Positions 36,652-47,487 of a stretch of DNA of 60,444 nt are shown in pieces. Origin of the DNA: Anaerolineae bacterium (GTDB taxonomy: Bacteria > Chloroflexota > Anaerolineae > B4-G1 > SLSP01); the NCBI GenBank assembly GCA_025454475.1, contig JALOOJ010000002.1:1-60444 (forward strand), in the 5' to 3' direction. Position 1 is the stretch's first letter; the number at the start of each line of letters is the position of its first letter. The translations under genes and the position numbers were made by a program. The notes beneath the pieces are model-generated. The model was not told the origin of the DNA. It was given only the letters and a program-made list of their open reading frames with translations, and did no database searches.

Positions 36652-39078
36652 TCAAAGGTCCTTGCCGATCATCCGGCCCTTCAATCCGCTCAGGATTCGT
36701 TCGGAATTGAACGGGAAGGCATTATACCAGACACCTGTGGCGCGCCGCAGGGCATTATGTAACGCCGAGGCCACCGCAATAAAGGGCATCTCGCCCATAC
36801 CGCGGGCTCCCCATGGGCCGCGAGGCTCTGGGTTCTCGATCAGGATAGTCTGTACGCGACCCGGGATATCCTCGATAGTGGGCATGAGGTAGGTGCTGAA
36901 GGTTCGAGTCTGCGGCACGCCCCCAACCTCAACAAAGTTCTCCGTCGTCGCCCACCCCAACGCCTGCACCACCCCGCCCTCGACCTGTCCCTCGACCAGC
37001 TTGGGGTTGATTGCCTGACCGACGTCGTTGGCGCACACGATACGGGGATACGTGCATAATCCGGTCTGCAGATCGACGACGACCTCAATCGCAATCGCCG
37101 CATACCCGTAGGCGAAATTGGGGTGGCCATACCCGGTCTCCGCATCAATCTGCGTTGTCTGGGGTGCCAGATAGATGAACTCCGCCTTTGCTGGGCGCTC
37201 TTCCTCGCGCCACTTGTGCAGTGCTGCGGCGGCAGCGCCACGAATCGCGTTCCCGATCATATAGGTCATCCGCGACGCCGAAGCCGATCCCGCGCTCTTG
37301 GTCCACGCTGTATCGACAGACCGTAGTTCGACACGGTCGACCGGTACTGAAAGCGCTTCGGCGACCATCTGGCGGATCACGGTGCGCGTTCCCTGCCCCA
37401 CATCCGCACTCGCGGCATAGGCAACAACGCGCTCCAACTCGGTTGCGCCGTGCAGCTCTACACACGCCCAAGCATTGTCCTGGTAACCGAACGAATAGCC
37501 AACGTTCTTGAAAGCCAGCGCGATGCCCACACCGCGCCGCAGGTAGACACCGTTCCGACGGTCCGCACCGCCCTCGACCACCCCGCCGCGGCTACGCCCC
37601 TCCCCTACCCAAGGGGAACCACAAGGCCTCGGCTGCGTCTGCCCCAACCGCCCGATTTCGACCGGCTCCGACGCTCCCGTTCCGACCGTCGTCTCCTGCT
37701 GCTGCCATCCGACGGCTTCTGCCACTGAGATCAGGCACTCGCGCAGACCGCGCGCGCTTCCGAGCGCGACGCTTCCAAGCGCGCCATCAGAAAGTGGTTT
37801 GCCCCAGGGCATCGGATCGTCCTCAGACACCAGATTGCGCAGGCGAAGGTCTACCGGATCCATACCTAGCGCCTCAGCCAGCTTATCCATCTGAGATTCG
37901 GCGATGAAGTTGCCCTGTGGCGCGCCGAACCCCCGGAACGCGCCCCCGGGCGTGTTGTTGGTGTAGGCCGCCTTCACATCTGTCCTGACGTTTGGGATGC
38001 GGTACGGACCATTGACCGTAAGCAGCACATTGCCCATCACCTTGTTCGTCGTGCAAACGTAAGCACCGGCATCAGCGACCACCTCGCACTCAGCCGCGAG
38101 GAGCGTCCCGTCCTTGGCCGCAGCCCACCGCGCTCGGGCAAAGAGACGATGCCGCTTATGATGTCCCAGGATCGACTCGGTGCGACTCCAGACAATCTTC
38201 ACCGGCTTGCGCAGACGCTGCACCGCGAGTGCGAGTACGATCTGCACCGACATATCCTCGCGCCCACCAAAAGCGCCGCCTATCGCGGGGTAGATGATTC
38301 GGACCTGGTCGGCTGAAACCCCCAACGCGTGCGCCACCTGGGCCTGGTCCTCGTGAGCCCATTGGCCCGCCACGACAACCGTGATGCGGCCCTCCTCGTC
38401 GAGGTAGGCGAGCCCCGCCTCAGGCTGAAGATATGCATGCTCTTGACCTGGAATCTCGTAGGTCGACTCAACGACCACTTCAGCCTGCAACAGCGCGGCA
38501 TCGACGTCACCGCGCCGAATCCGGTGGTGTGAGACCAGGTTACCCTGGAAGACCAGCTCCGGATGCTGCGGGACCCCCGGATAGGGCGGATGCAACAGCA
38601 CGGCCTCAGGCTGCAACGCCTCCCGCGGGTCGGTAAGCAGCGGAAGATCCTCATACACGACGCGGATCAAGCTCACTGCACGCGCCGCAGTGTCTTCATC
38701 GACGGCAACCACCGCTGCCACTTGGTCACCCACCCAACGCACAACGTCGGCGCCCACTTTAGGTAGGCCCGAGATCGCGCTCGCGTCCGCGCCCGATCCT
38801 GGCGCCGACGGGCCACAGAGGACCGGCTGGTCAGGGTACTGAAGGCCGTATTCGTTGACAGGCACGTCAAGCGAGGTAAAGACCGCTTCTACGCCCGGGA
38901 GCCCCTCGGCAGCAGCCGTGTCGACAAATACAACGCGCGCATGAGGACGTCCGGCGAAGAGCAGCTTCATCGTCAGCGCGCCATCATACCCAAGGTCGCC
39001 CGGATAGAGCGCCTCGCCGGTCACCTTTTCCTTAGCCTCGAACCGGGGCAGCGCCCTGCCGACCGCGTTCCCCTTCAT
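36652..39078 (-). CDS. Xanthine dehydrogenase-family molybdopterin-binding subunit
   Basis: KVTGEALYPGD, QEHAYLQPE, GGAFGGR, AFRGFG, ADVGQG, SASR, GQVEGG and GMGE. Confidence 0.93.
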   Translation of the reverse strand: MKGNAVGRALPRFEAKEKVTGEALYPGDLGYDGALTMKLLFAGRPHARVVFVDTAAAEGLPGVEAVFTSLDVPVNEYGLQYPDQPVLCGPSAPGSGADASAISGLPKVGADVVRWVGDQVAAVVAVDEDTAARAVSLIRVVYEDLPLLTDPREALQPEAVLLHPPYPGVPQHPELVFQGNLVSHHRIRRGDVDAALLQAEVVVESTYEIPGQEHAYLQPEAGLAYLDEEGRITVVVAGQWAHEDQAQVAHALGVSADQVRIIYPAIGGAFGGREDMSVQIVLALAVQRLRKPVKIVWSRTESILGHHKRHRLFARARWAAAKDGTLLAAECEVVADAGAYVCTTNKVMGNVLLTVNGPYRIPNVRTDVKAAYTNNTPGGAFRGFGAPQGNFIAESQMDKLAEALGMDPVDLRLRNLVSEDDPMPWGKPLSDGALGSVALGSARGLRECLISVAEAVGWQQQETTVGTGASEPVEIGRLGQTQPRPCGSPWVGEGRSRGGVVEGGADRRNGVYLRRGVGIALAFKNVGYSFGYQDNAWACVELHGATELERVVAYAASADVGQGTRTVIRQMVAEALSVPVDRVELRSVDTAWTKSAGSASASRMTYMIGNAIRGAAAAALHKWREEERPAKAEFIYLAPQTTQIDAETGYGHPNFAYGYAAIAIEVVVDLQTGLCTYPRIVCANDVGQAINPKLVEGQVEGGVVQALGWATTENFVEVGGVPQTRTFSTYLMPTIEDIPGRVQTILIENPEPRGPWGARGMGEMPFIAVASALHNALRRATGVWYNAFPFNSERILSGLKGRMIGKDL

Positions 39079-39093
39079 ACCAAATCTCCTTCA

Positions 39094-39144
39094 GTTCTGA
39101 CCGCCGGTTCTGACCGCCGGTTCTGACCGCCGGTTCTGACCGCC
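39094..39144. repeat. 13-bp tandem repeat x~4 (intergenic, immediately upstream of the XDH Mo-subunit RBS)
   Basis: GTTCTGACCGCCG x3 followed by GTTCTGACCGCC. Confidence 0.95.
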
Positions 39145-40958
39145 TAGACCCGCGCACGCTGAGCTGTACCCTTGCCGGAGGCTACCGGATGCTGCTGCCC
39201 CGTCGCAGTCTGCTGCGCCATCGCAGTCTGCTGCGCCGTCTCCAGAGCCAGGATCCGACGTAGCACCGCGACCGTGGTCGCATAGGCCGGATCCATACCG
39301 TAGTAGGATAGATTGTGCGTGCCCAGGTTGCGACCCTTGCTCATCGGCGTATCAGACGCGTAATGTAGAACGCCAATCTCAAACGGGACGGGGTAGAGAT
39401 TCACCAACTCATCCTGGGGATAGCGACGGGGCCGGATGAACTCGTACAGCGCGGAGAGATAAGGACCCGACTCCATCTCCACATCCGTGTATCCCAGGCG
39501 AAAGAACATCTCCATATACGCACGATTCTGAAGGAAGGTCCCGTGAACCGAGATGGCGCGCTGATTGTCAAGGACGTCACCATACACCAGATAAGGCGCG
39601 ACATGCCGGGCCGTGAAGACGTTGTTGAACAGGTAGGTATTGCTCGAGTGCTCATCATAGACCACGTTTGGGATCAAGACATCGCCGATCCGCCCGCTCA
39701 ACGTCGCTGCCTTCCCCAACACATACGCGCCTCTCAACTCACCAACATTGACGGCAATACGCGAGAGCAGGTGGTAAGCTGCAAACCCCAGTGGGTAGTC
39801 GATGTTGAGGATAATCGCATCCGTGTCTATCAACCTGTCTAGAGGCAGGTCATCCACAAGCCGGGGGTCAAGGTGTGCTCGATCCAGCTTCGACAGATCG
39901 ATGATCTGGACCTCGAGATCAAACGTATGTTGGCTGGGAATCCGCATCACGCCATGTTCGGCCTCATACGCGTTACGCTCTTCTAGCAGGTCCCGCCCTT
40001 CCTGGGTCTGCATGTACTTCTTAAGCGTATAGTATAGGAAGTTAGACCAGTTGCTGGGAACTTTGCCTCGGCGGATCCGGTCGGCCTCCTCACAGAGTTC
40101 GGGATCTGCGCTGGAGACAACATAGTCCATCAGTCGCGACTCCTGGCCCTGAGCAAAGCCGGTGATCATGTTGCTGAGACTGTGCGTGTTGCTGGAGACG
40201 AAGTAGGTCGGTCGCTTGGAGAGATCGAAGGGTGCGCGCTCATTGACGCGATCCCACCATTTCTGTGTGGCCTGCAGATACTCGACGTAGGAACCCGCCA
40301 GCAGCATCACCGACATACGCTTTCGCTGTTCACCAATGTTCTGGAGCAACTCCAGCAGATCGTCACCCCAGATCGTTTGCAGGCGCTCCCAATCATCCGG
40401 GGCGAGCTGAAGGACCCTCTGAACCTCCTCACAGATCTCATCGCTCCGGTTCTGACCGCTCGACTCGGACTCAACGCAGGATCTCAAGCGCTCGGCAAGG
40501 CCAGCCTGTATGCCGATGAGCGTGTGCATCTTGTTCCACTCAATCTGGAACGCTGTCAGCATCGGCACAATATCGTCGATGTCGGAGATGCTAGCGATGT
40601 AGACAGCGAGCGTCTCATGCCCATCATAGAACATACGCCGGCGGCGCGCCGGACCGCTCACCGCCTCCCAGGACTCGACATCGGGGTAATCCCGGCGACG
40701 GAAGACCTCCTGGCTCTGCCCCAGAACTACCTTCTGCACATCAAGGATGCACTTGGGCAATCGCAGGCTCGCGTAAACAAACGCCGACATGTCCGGCTCC
40801 ACCCCATCAGCATTTGGGTGGAGCGACGACTTCATCGCGATATGTGTCTCCTCGAGCGTCCGGATCTGTACCGCGTCCGTCGTGCGCAGGAGCGAGTAGT
40901 AGGTCCGCATATAGAGCGTGACTTGGGTCAGATCACGTTTCGGAACCGTGCGTCTCAT
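39144..40958 (-). CDS. Uncharacterised protein (DUF6909-like) with C-terminal nucleoside phosphorylase/AMP nucleosidase-like motifs
   Basis: ATG 40958 overlaps the TGA of the XDH FAD gene. Motifs VLGKAATL..IGDVLIP, DVEMESG and HYASDTP. Confidence 0.75.
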   Translation of the reverse strand: MRRTVPKRDLTQVTLYMRTYYSLLRTTDAVQIRTLEETHIAMKSSLHPNADGVEPDMSAFVYASLRLPKCILDVQKVVLGQSQEVFRRRDYPDVESWEAVSGPARRRRMFYDGHETLAVYIASISDIDDIVPMLTAFQIEWNKMHTLIGIQAGLAERLRSCVESESSGQNRSDEICEEVQRVLQLAPDDWERLQTIWGDDLLELLQNIGEQRKRMSVMLLAGSYVEYLQATQKWWDRVNERAPFDLSKRPTYFVSSNTHSLSNMITGFAQGQESRLMDYVVSSADPELCEEADRIRRGKVPSNWSNFLYYTLKKYMQTQEGRDLLEERNAYEAEHGVMRIPSQHTFDLEVQIIDLSKLDRAHLDPRLVDDLPLDRLIDTDAIILNIDYPLGFAAYHLLSRIAVNVGELRGAYVLGKAATLSGRIGDVLIPNVVYDEHSSNTYLFNNVFTARHVAPYLVYGDVLDNQRAISVHGTFLQNRAYMEMFFRLGYTDVEMESGPYLSALYEFIRPRRYPQDELVNLYPVPFEIGVLHYASDTPMSKGRNLGTHNLSYYGMDPAYATTVAVLRRILALETAQQTAMAQQTATGQQHPVASGKGTAQRARV

Positions 40959-42469
40959 CGCTCTGAATCTCCTCGCGCCTGCGCGCTCTGCTTCCGAGTG
41001 ACCTCCTGCTTCAGGGCAGCTTCCTGCTTCAGAGCAGCCTTCTCCACCGCGGAGATGATCTTGTAGTAGCCAGTACAGCGACACAGGTTCCCGCTCAGCG
41101 CCGTCTTGATCTGCTCGCGAGTTGGGTGTGGAATCTCCTCCAACAAGTTCGCCGCGCTCATCACGAATCCAGGCGTGCAGTAGCCACACTGGACCGCGTC
41201 CTCATCGATGAATGCCTGCTGAACCGGATGCAATTCGCCATCTCCTGTACCATTCTGAGCAGTGGCCAGTCCTTCGATCGTTTGAACCCATGCCCCATGG
41301 GCTCGGGGCGCGGGCGTAAGACACGCTAAGGTCGCGATCCCGTCCAGCCAGACCGTGCACGCCCCACACTCGCCCTCTTCACAACCCACCTTCGAGCCAA
41401 CAAGCCCGAGATCCTCACGCAACATACGCAACAGCGTCTTGCCGTTGGCCCCCCGCACCGCCACGTTCTGACCGTTGACGACAGTCTGAATGGGCTCGTC
41501 GCCATCTGCACGGTGGGCAATCGTCGGTCCGCTCAGGCGCGGCCAACGCCGCGTCCTTCCCCACAGTTTGACCATCTGGTCGGGCTGCGGCAGGCCCATC
41601 CGCACGTCACCGCTGTGGAGCGACTCAAGGCCCCGACGCACGAGGGCTGCAACCTCCTCACGCCGATACCAGGCGGAGCCCCGTACGTCGTCGATCGGTC
41701 GCGCTGCCTCCACCGCCAGTGCTGCCGCTCTCTCGATGTCGTTATCTGTGAGCAGCGTGCCAACAAGCGCGGCCTCAGCCTCCGGCGCTCTCACGATCGT
41801 CGGAGCGACGCTGCCCAGGGCAATCCGCGCCTCACAGACCGTCCCCGCGTCATCACGAACCAGTACGATCGTAACATTCGTCACGGCAATCGCTAAGACC
41901 CGACGCAATCCCATCTTCAGATAGACACCGTGTTTGCGCCGCGCCGCGCCAGGAATCGTGATATCGACCACCATCTCATCAGGAGCGAGACGCGTTCGCC
42001 GAACACCGTCGTAGAACTCGGCAAGCTTGCCAATCCTGTCTCCACGCGCACTGCGTGACGTTAGGCTGGCATCCAGCGCCACCAGCGCCGTTATCGTGTC
42101 GTTGGCTGGTGATGCCGTGACCAGGTTCCCCGCGATCGTGCCTCGGTTCCGCAGAGCCGGGGCGCCCACCGACCAACACGCCTGTGCTAGGGGCAGGGCG
42201 TGCTCCTGGAGCACCGAGGAGGCCGCTGCTTGTGCATGAGTCACGGTGGGACCCAGATGCAGCGTGCCGTCGGCATCCTGGCGTATCGCGTCCAGCCCGC
42301 TCACCCGCGTCACATCGATCACCACCTGAGGAGCGCGCGCACCGTTCTCAATCTCCACGATCAGGTCGGTGCCGCCAGCGATGATCCGCGCACGCTCTCT
42401 GTACTCGCCCAGCAGCTTGACCGCGTCCTCAAGTGACGTCGCGGTGTAGTAGGTGTCCCATAGCCTCAT
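40955..42469 (-). CDS. Xanthine dehydrogenase-family FAD-binding subunit fused to the (2Fe-2S)-binding subunit
   Basis: IAGGTDL and RNRGTIAGNL..ASP (FAD), then GSKVGCEEGECGACTV and QCGYCTPG...GNLCRCTGY. Confidence 0.93.
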   Translation of the reverse strand: MRLWDTYYTATSLEDAVKLLGEYRERARIIAGGTDLIVEIENGARAPQVVIDVTRVSGLDAIRQDADGTLHLGPTVTHAQAAASSVLQEHALPLAQACWSVGAPALRNRGTIAGNLVTASPANDTITALVALDASLTSRSARGDRIGKLAEFYDGVRRTRLAPDEMVVDITIPGAARRKHGVYLKMGLRRVLAIAVTNVTIVLVRDDAGTVCEARIALGSVAPTIVRAPEAEAALVGTLLTDNDIERAAALAVEAARPIDDVRGSAWYRREEVAALVRRGLESLHSGDVRMGLPQPDQMVKLWGRTRRWPRLSGPTIAHRADGDEPIQTVVNGQNVAVRGANGKTLLRMLREDLGLVGSKVGCEEGECGACTVWLDGIATLACLTPAPRAHGAWVQTIEGLATAQNGTGDGELHPVQQAFIDEDAVQCGYCTPGFVMSAANLLEEIPHPTREQIKTALSGNLCRCTGYYKIISAVEKAALKQEAALKQEVTRKQSAQARGDSER

Positions 42470-42503
42470 CGCTTAGCCTCCGGTTCTCACCGCACTGTCC
42501 CTC

Positions 42504-43457
42504 TCAAGGCAACTGCCGGTACCCCTCAGGGCATCTAACCTCACGAACCGTGTACAGCGGGCGCTGGCGCACTTCGGTGTAGATTCGTCCAATGTACTCG
42601 CCGAGAATACCGACTGTCAGAAGCTGGACCCCCCCTACAAAAAGAACCAGGCTCGCCGTCAGCCCCTGCCCCGCGAGGGGAGCTTTCCCCCCAAGCCGGA
42701 TGACCAACACCACAAGCGCCAGCAACACCCCCAGGCCGGTAGCACCTACGCCGGACCATAGCGCCAGTTTGAGCGGTATGACGGAGAATCCGGTGATTGC
42801 ATCAACCGCCAGGCGGAGCATCTTGCCCAACGTGTACTTCGTCGTCCCGGCCTTACGCGCGTGGCGGCGATAGGGTACACCTGTCTGACGGAAGCCCACC
42901 CAGGAGGTCATCGCTCGCACGAACCGATCATGCTCACGCATCGCCTTGAGATAAGTCAACGCCTTGCGGTCCAACAACCGAAAGTCGCCCGCCTCCATGG
43001 GGATAGTCACACTGGTCAGCTTCTGGATGACGCGGTAGAAAAGACCCGCCGTCGCCAGCTTGAACCAGGTCTCTCCTTCACGCTCGGCACGCACGGCATA
43101 TACCACCTCATACCCTTCACGCCACCGGCGCACCAGTTCGGGGATCACCTCCGGCGGGTCCTGAAGATCCGAGTCGATTGTGACCACCGCAGCACCACGC
43201 GCGTAGTCCATCCCCGCTGTAATCGCGAGCTGGTGGCCGAAATTGCGCGCAAAGTGGATCACAATCACGTGATCTGGGTCATCCGCCTGGATGCGATCGA
43301 GCTCCTCAGGAGTCTGGTCGCGGCTGCCGTCGTCCACGATGACCAGCTCCCAGGGCTCGCCGATACAGGCCATCACAGTGCTAATCCGCTGGTAGAACTC
43401 GCGGACCAGAACTTCCTCATTGTAAACGGGGGCTACAACAGAGATCTGCGGCTCCAT
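42504..43457 (-). CDS. Glycosyltransferase family 2 (GtrB/polyprenol-phosphate glycosyltransferase-like)
   Basis: SVVAPVYNEE, VDDGSRD, RNFGHQ, DSDLQDPP, GDFRL, two C-terminal TMs and GEYIGRIY. Confidence 0.92.
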   Translation of the reverse strand: MEPQISVVAPVYNEEVLVREFYQRISTVMACIGEPWELVIVDDGSRDQTPEELDRIQADDPDHVIVIHFARNFGHQLAITAGMDYARGAAVVTIDSDLQDPPEVIPELVRRWREGYEVVYAVRAEREGETWFKLATAGLFYRVIQKLTSVTIPMEAGDFRLLDRKALTYLKAMREHDRFVRAMTSWVGFRQTGVPYRRHARKAGTTKYTLGKMLRLAVDAITGFSVIPLKLALWSGVGATGLGVLLALVVLVIRLGGKAPLAGQGLTASLVLFVGGVQLLTVGILGEYIGRIYTEVRQRPLYTVREVRCPEGYRQLP

Positions 43458-43472
43458 ACGTTCCTCACCTCA

Positions 43473-43517
43473 GCGTTTGAACGTCTCGACGTTTGAGCAT
43501 GGACACGTTCCCACGTT
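43473..43517. repeat. Octamer-periodic degenerate repeat (ACGTnnnn)
   Basis: GCGTTTGA ACGTCTCG ACGTTTGA GCATGGAC ACGTTCCC ACGTT. Confidence 0.55.
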
Positions 43518-43605
43518 AGTATACCGCGTTCGGTGTCGACCGCCGGGTCACCTCACCCGAACCGCGGTCAGTTTGCCCGCTTCCGAGCGGCTTCTGACCT
43601 CCAGC

Positions 43606-45114
<1,509 letters not shown>

Positions 45115-45142
45115 CGCAGGTCCTTTCCATAGCAGTGTGGCC

Positions 45143-46435
45143 CTAACCAGCACGGTCGGCGTGGGCGGGTTCGTCCCACCGCGCCACAGCCGCGCGCACA
45201 GCATCGAGACTGGCAGGAATCACCTTAGGCGTTGTCACCGTCCGCATTGCGCTTGCCACATCCTTGAGGCCCGAGCCTGTCAACAGCAGCACTACCCGGT
45301 CCTGAGGGCCAACCCAACCCTCCCGGACCGCCTTCGCCAGTCCAGCGTAGGTGGCTGCAGCAGCAGGCTCGCAAAATACGCCCGCCTTCTGAGCAATCAT
45401 AGGGATAGCGCCCAGAATCTCCGCATCGGATACCGCCAGGAAACGGCCGTCTGTCTCGCGGACAGCCGCCAACGCCTTGATGCGATCGCGGGGCAAGCTC
45501 GCGCAGATACTGTCGGCGACGGTTTCGGCCTCAATCGGCCGGATCTGATCCCAGGTAAGGCCCTGCTCGAAGGCAGTTACGAGTGACGCCGAACCCTCAG
45601 CCTGAACCCCCATCAGACGCGGAAGTCGGTCGATCCATCCCAACGCCAGGAGATCCCGGAACCCCTTGTGGATGCCGCCCAGGATGCAGCCATCGCCCAC
45701 GGGGACAAAGATAACGTCCGGCACCTGCCAGGCCAGCTGCTCGCAGATCTCATAAGCCGCGGTCTTCTTCCCTTCTGTCATGAACGGGTTGTAGGCGGTA
45801 TTGCGATTGTACCAGCCGAACTCCCGCGCCACCTCGAGCGTCAGCTCGAACGCATCATCGTATGTTCCGTCCACAAGGAAGACCCGCGCCCCGTAGACCA
45901 GGTGTTGGGCGATCTTGGCTTGGGGCGCGGATTTGGGCACGAAGATGACTGCCCGCAGTGCCACACTGGCCGTCATTCCCGCCAGGGCCGCCGCGGCATT
46001 ACCGGTACTGGCCGTTGTGATCGTCGTGGCGCCCACCTCTTGTGCCTTCACGATGGCGAGTGCAGAGGCACGATCCTTGAAGGAGGCGGTGGGGTTGACC
46101 CCATCATCCTTGACCCACATATGATGCAGTCCCACCGACTCCGCCAGACGCGGCGCCGTATAGAGCGGCGTCCACCCAACACGAAGCGGTGGGACGGGCG
46201 CATCAGCATCCACCGGCAACAGCGCTTTGTAGCGCCACATGGTTCCCACGCCACTAGCCGTTATCCTTTTCGGACTGGTCCTCGCCTGGATGCGGTCATA
46301 ATCGTAGAGGACATCCAGAATCCCATCGTCGCCGTGCAAGGGACAGACATAGTCGACATCGCCGACGCCGCGCGGCGCGCCGACGCCATACTCTCGCCCA
46401 CAGACAGTGCACCTGAAACCGCGCACGTGATCCAT
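45143..46435 (-). CDS. Threonine synthase-like PLP enzyme
   Basis: N-terminal CxxC...CP Zn ribbon, NPTASFKDR, ASTGN, EGKKT, PVGDG and LLTGSGLK. Confidence 0.85.
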   Translation of the reverse strand: MDHVRGFRCTVCGREYGVGAPRGVGDVDYVCPLHGDDGILDVLYDYDRIQARTSPKRITASGVGTMWRYKALLPVDADAPVPPLRVGWTPLYTAPRLAESVGLHHMWVKDDGVNPTASFKDRASALAIVKAQEVGATTITTASTGNAAAALAGMTASVALRAVIFVPKSAPQAKIAQHLVYGARVFLVDGTYDDAFELTLEVAREFGWYNRNTAYNPFMTEGKKTAAYEICEQLAWQVPDVIFVPVGDGCILGGIHKGFRDLLALGWIDRLPRLMGVQAEGSASLVTAFEQGLTWDQIRPIEAETVADSICASLPRDRIKALAAVRETDGRFLAVSDAEILGAIPMIAQKAGVFCEPAAAATYAGLAKAVREGWVGPQDRVVLLLTGSGLKDVASAMRTVTTPKVIPASLDAVRAAVARWDEPAHADRAG

Positions 46436-46466
46436 AGCTTCACCTTGGCAGAGGAATCCGGCTCTC

Positions 46467-47450
46467 CTATACCGATCCATCCGGCACGACGCGCGTGCCC
46501 GCCCTACCCTGAAGCGCAGCGATAATGTGGGGCGGGTCGGTGATGATGGCCTCTTTACCGCCTGCGTCGAGGTACCAGAGAATGGCTTCAACCTTCGGCA
46601 ACATGCTGCCCTTGGCGAACTGGCCATCGGCGATGTAGCGGCGCGCCTCAGAAGCCGTCATCACATCGATACCCTTCTGCTCTGGTGTGTTGAAGTTGAC
46701 GTACACCTTCTCGACGGCGGTGGAGATGAGGAACAGATCCGCCTTGATCTTCTGCGCCAGTAGCGACGAGGCATAGTCCTTGTCAATCACGGCGGCCGTG
46801 CCCAGGTAGTTGCCCTGCGCATCCTCGATGACGGGAATGCCGCCGCCCCCCACGGTGATGGCGCAGATGCCCTGGTTGAGTAGGGCCTGCACGACATCGA
46901 TCTCAATGATCTCTTTGGGCAGCGGCGAGGCGATCACGCGCCGCCACCCACGCCCGGCGTCTTCAACGACCGACCAGTTCTCCTCCGCCGTACGTCGCTG
47001 CGCTTCAGCCTCGTCCATGAACCCGCCAATCGGCTTGGTGGGGTTTTGGAAGGCTGGATCGTTCTTGTCCACAAGGACCTGCGTAATCACAGTAGCGACG
47101 CTCTTCTTGATCTTGCGGCGGTAGAATTCGTTGTTCAGGTTCTGCTGGAGGGCATATCCGATCGCGCCCTGGGAATCCGCTCCGCAGACATCAATCGGCA
47201 CTTCGTGCATCCCGGCAACTTTGGCCGCGATCTCCGAGCGGCGCAGGATGAAGCCGACCTGCGGTCCATTTCCGTGACCGATCGCGACATCCCACCCCAT
47301 CTCGATCATGTCGGCGATGTGATGGCATGTTTCTTTCGCCGCCTGGTACTGATCTTCCACCGTTTGATGTTGCTTATCCGTGATCAGAGAATTGCCGCCG
47401 ATGGCGATCACAGCCCATTTCCTGCGTTCCTCCACCTGAGTTGGCTCCAT
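46467..47450 (-). CDS. arcC: Carbamate kinase
   Basis: IAIGGNSL, HGNGPQVG, PTKPIG, GGGGIP, AVIDKD and GSMLPK. Confidence 0.95.
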   Translation of the reverse strand: MEPTQVEERRKWAVIAIGGNSLITDKQHQTVEDQYQAAKETCHHIADMIEMGWDVAIGHGNGPQVGFILRRSEIAAKVAGMHEVPIDVCGADSQGAIGYALQQNLNNEFYRRKIKKSVATVITQVLVDKNDPAFQNPTKPIGGFMDEAEAQRRTAEENWSVVEDAGRGWRRVIASPLPKEIIEIDVVQALLNQGICAITVGGGGIPVIEDAQGNYLGTAAVIDKDYASSLLAQKIKADLFLISTAVEKVYVNFNTPEQKGIDVMTASEARRYIADGQFAKGSMLPKVEAILWYLDAGGKEAIITDPPHIIAALQGRAGTRVVPDGSV

Positions 47451-47487
47451 AGTCCTGTCTCCCTTCATTGACGCCGGACAGTGCTGA

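Noticed and set aside
40958-41189. Extended N-terminus (681 aa) for the 39144 ORF
   Set aside because: It would overlap the XDH FeS domain by ~230 nt. ATG 40958 gives a standard ATGA coupling.
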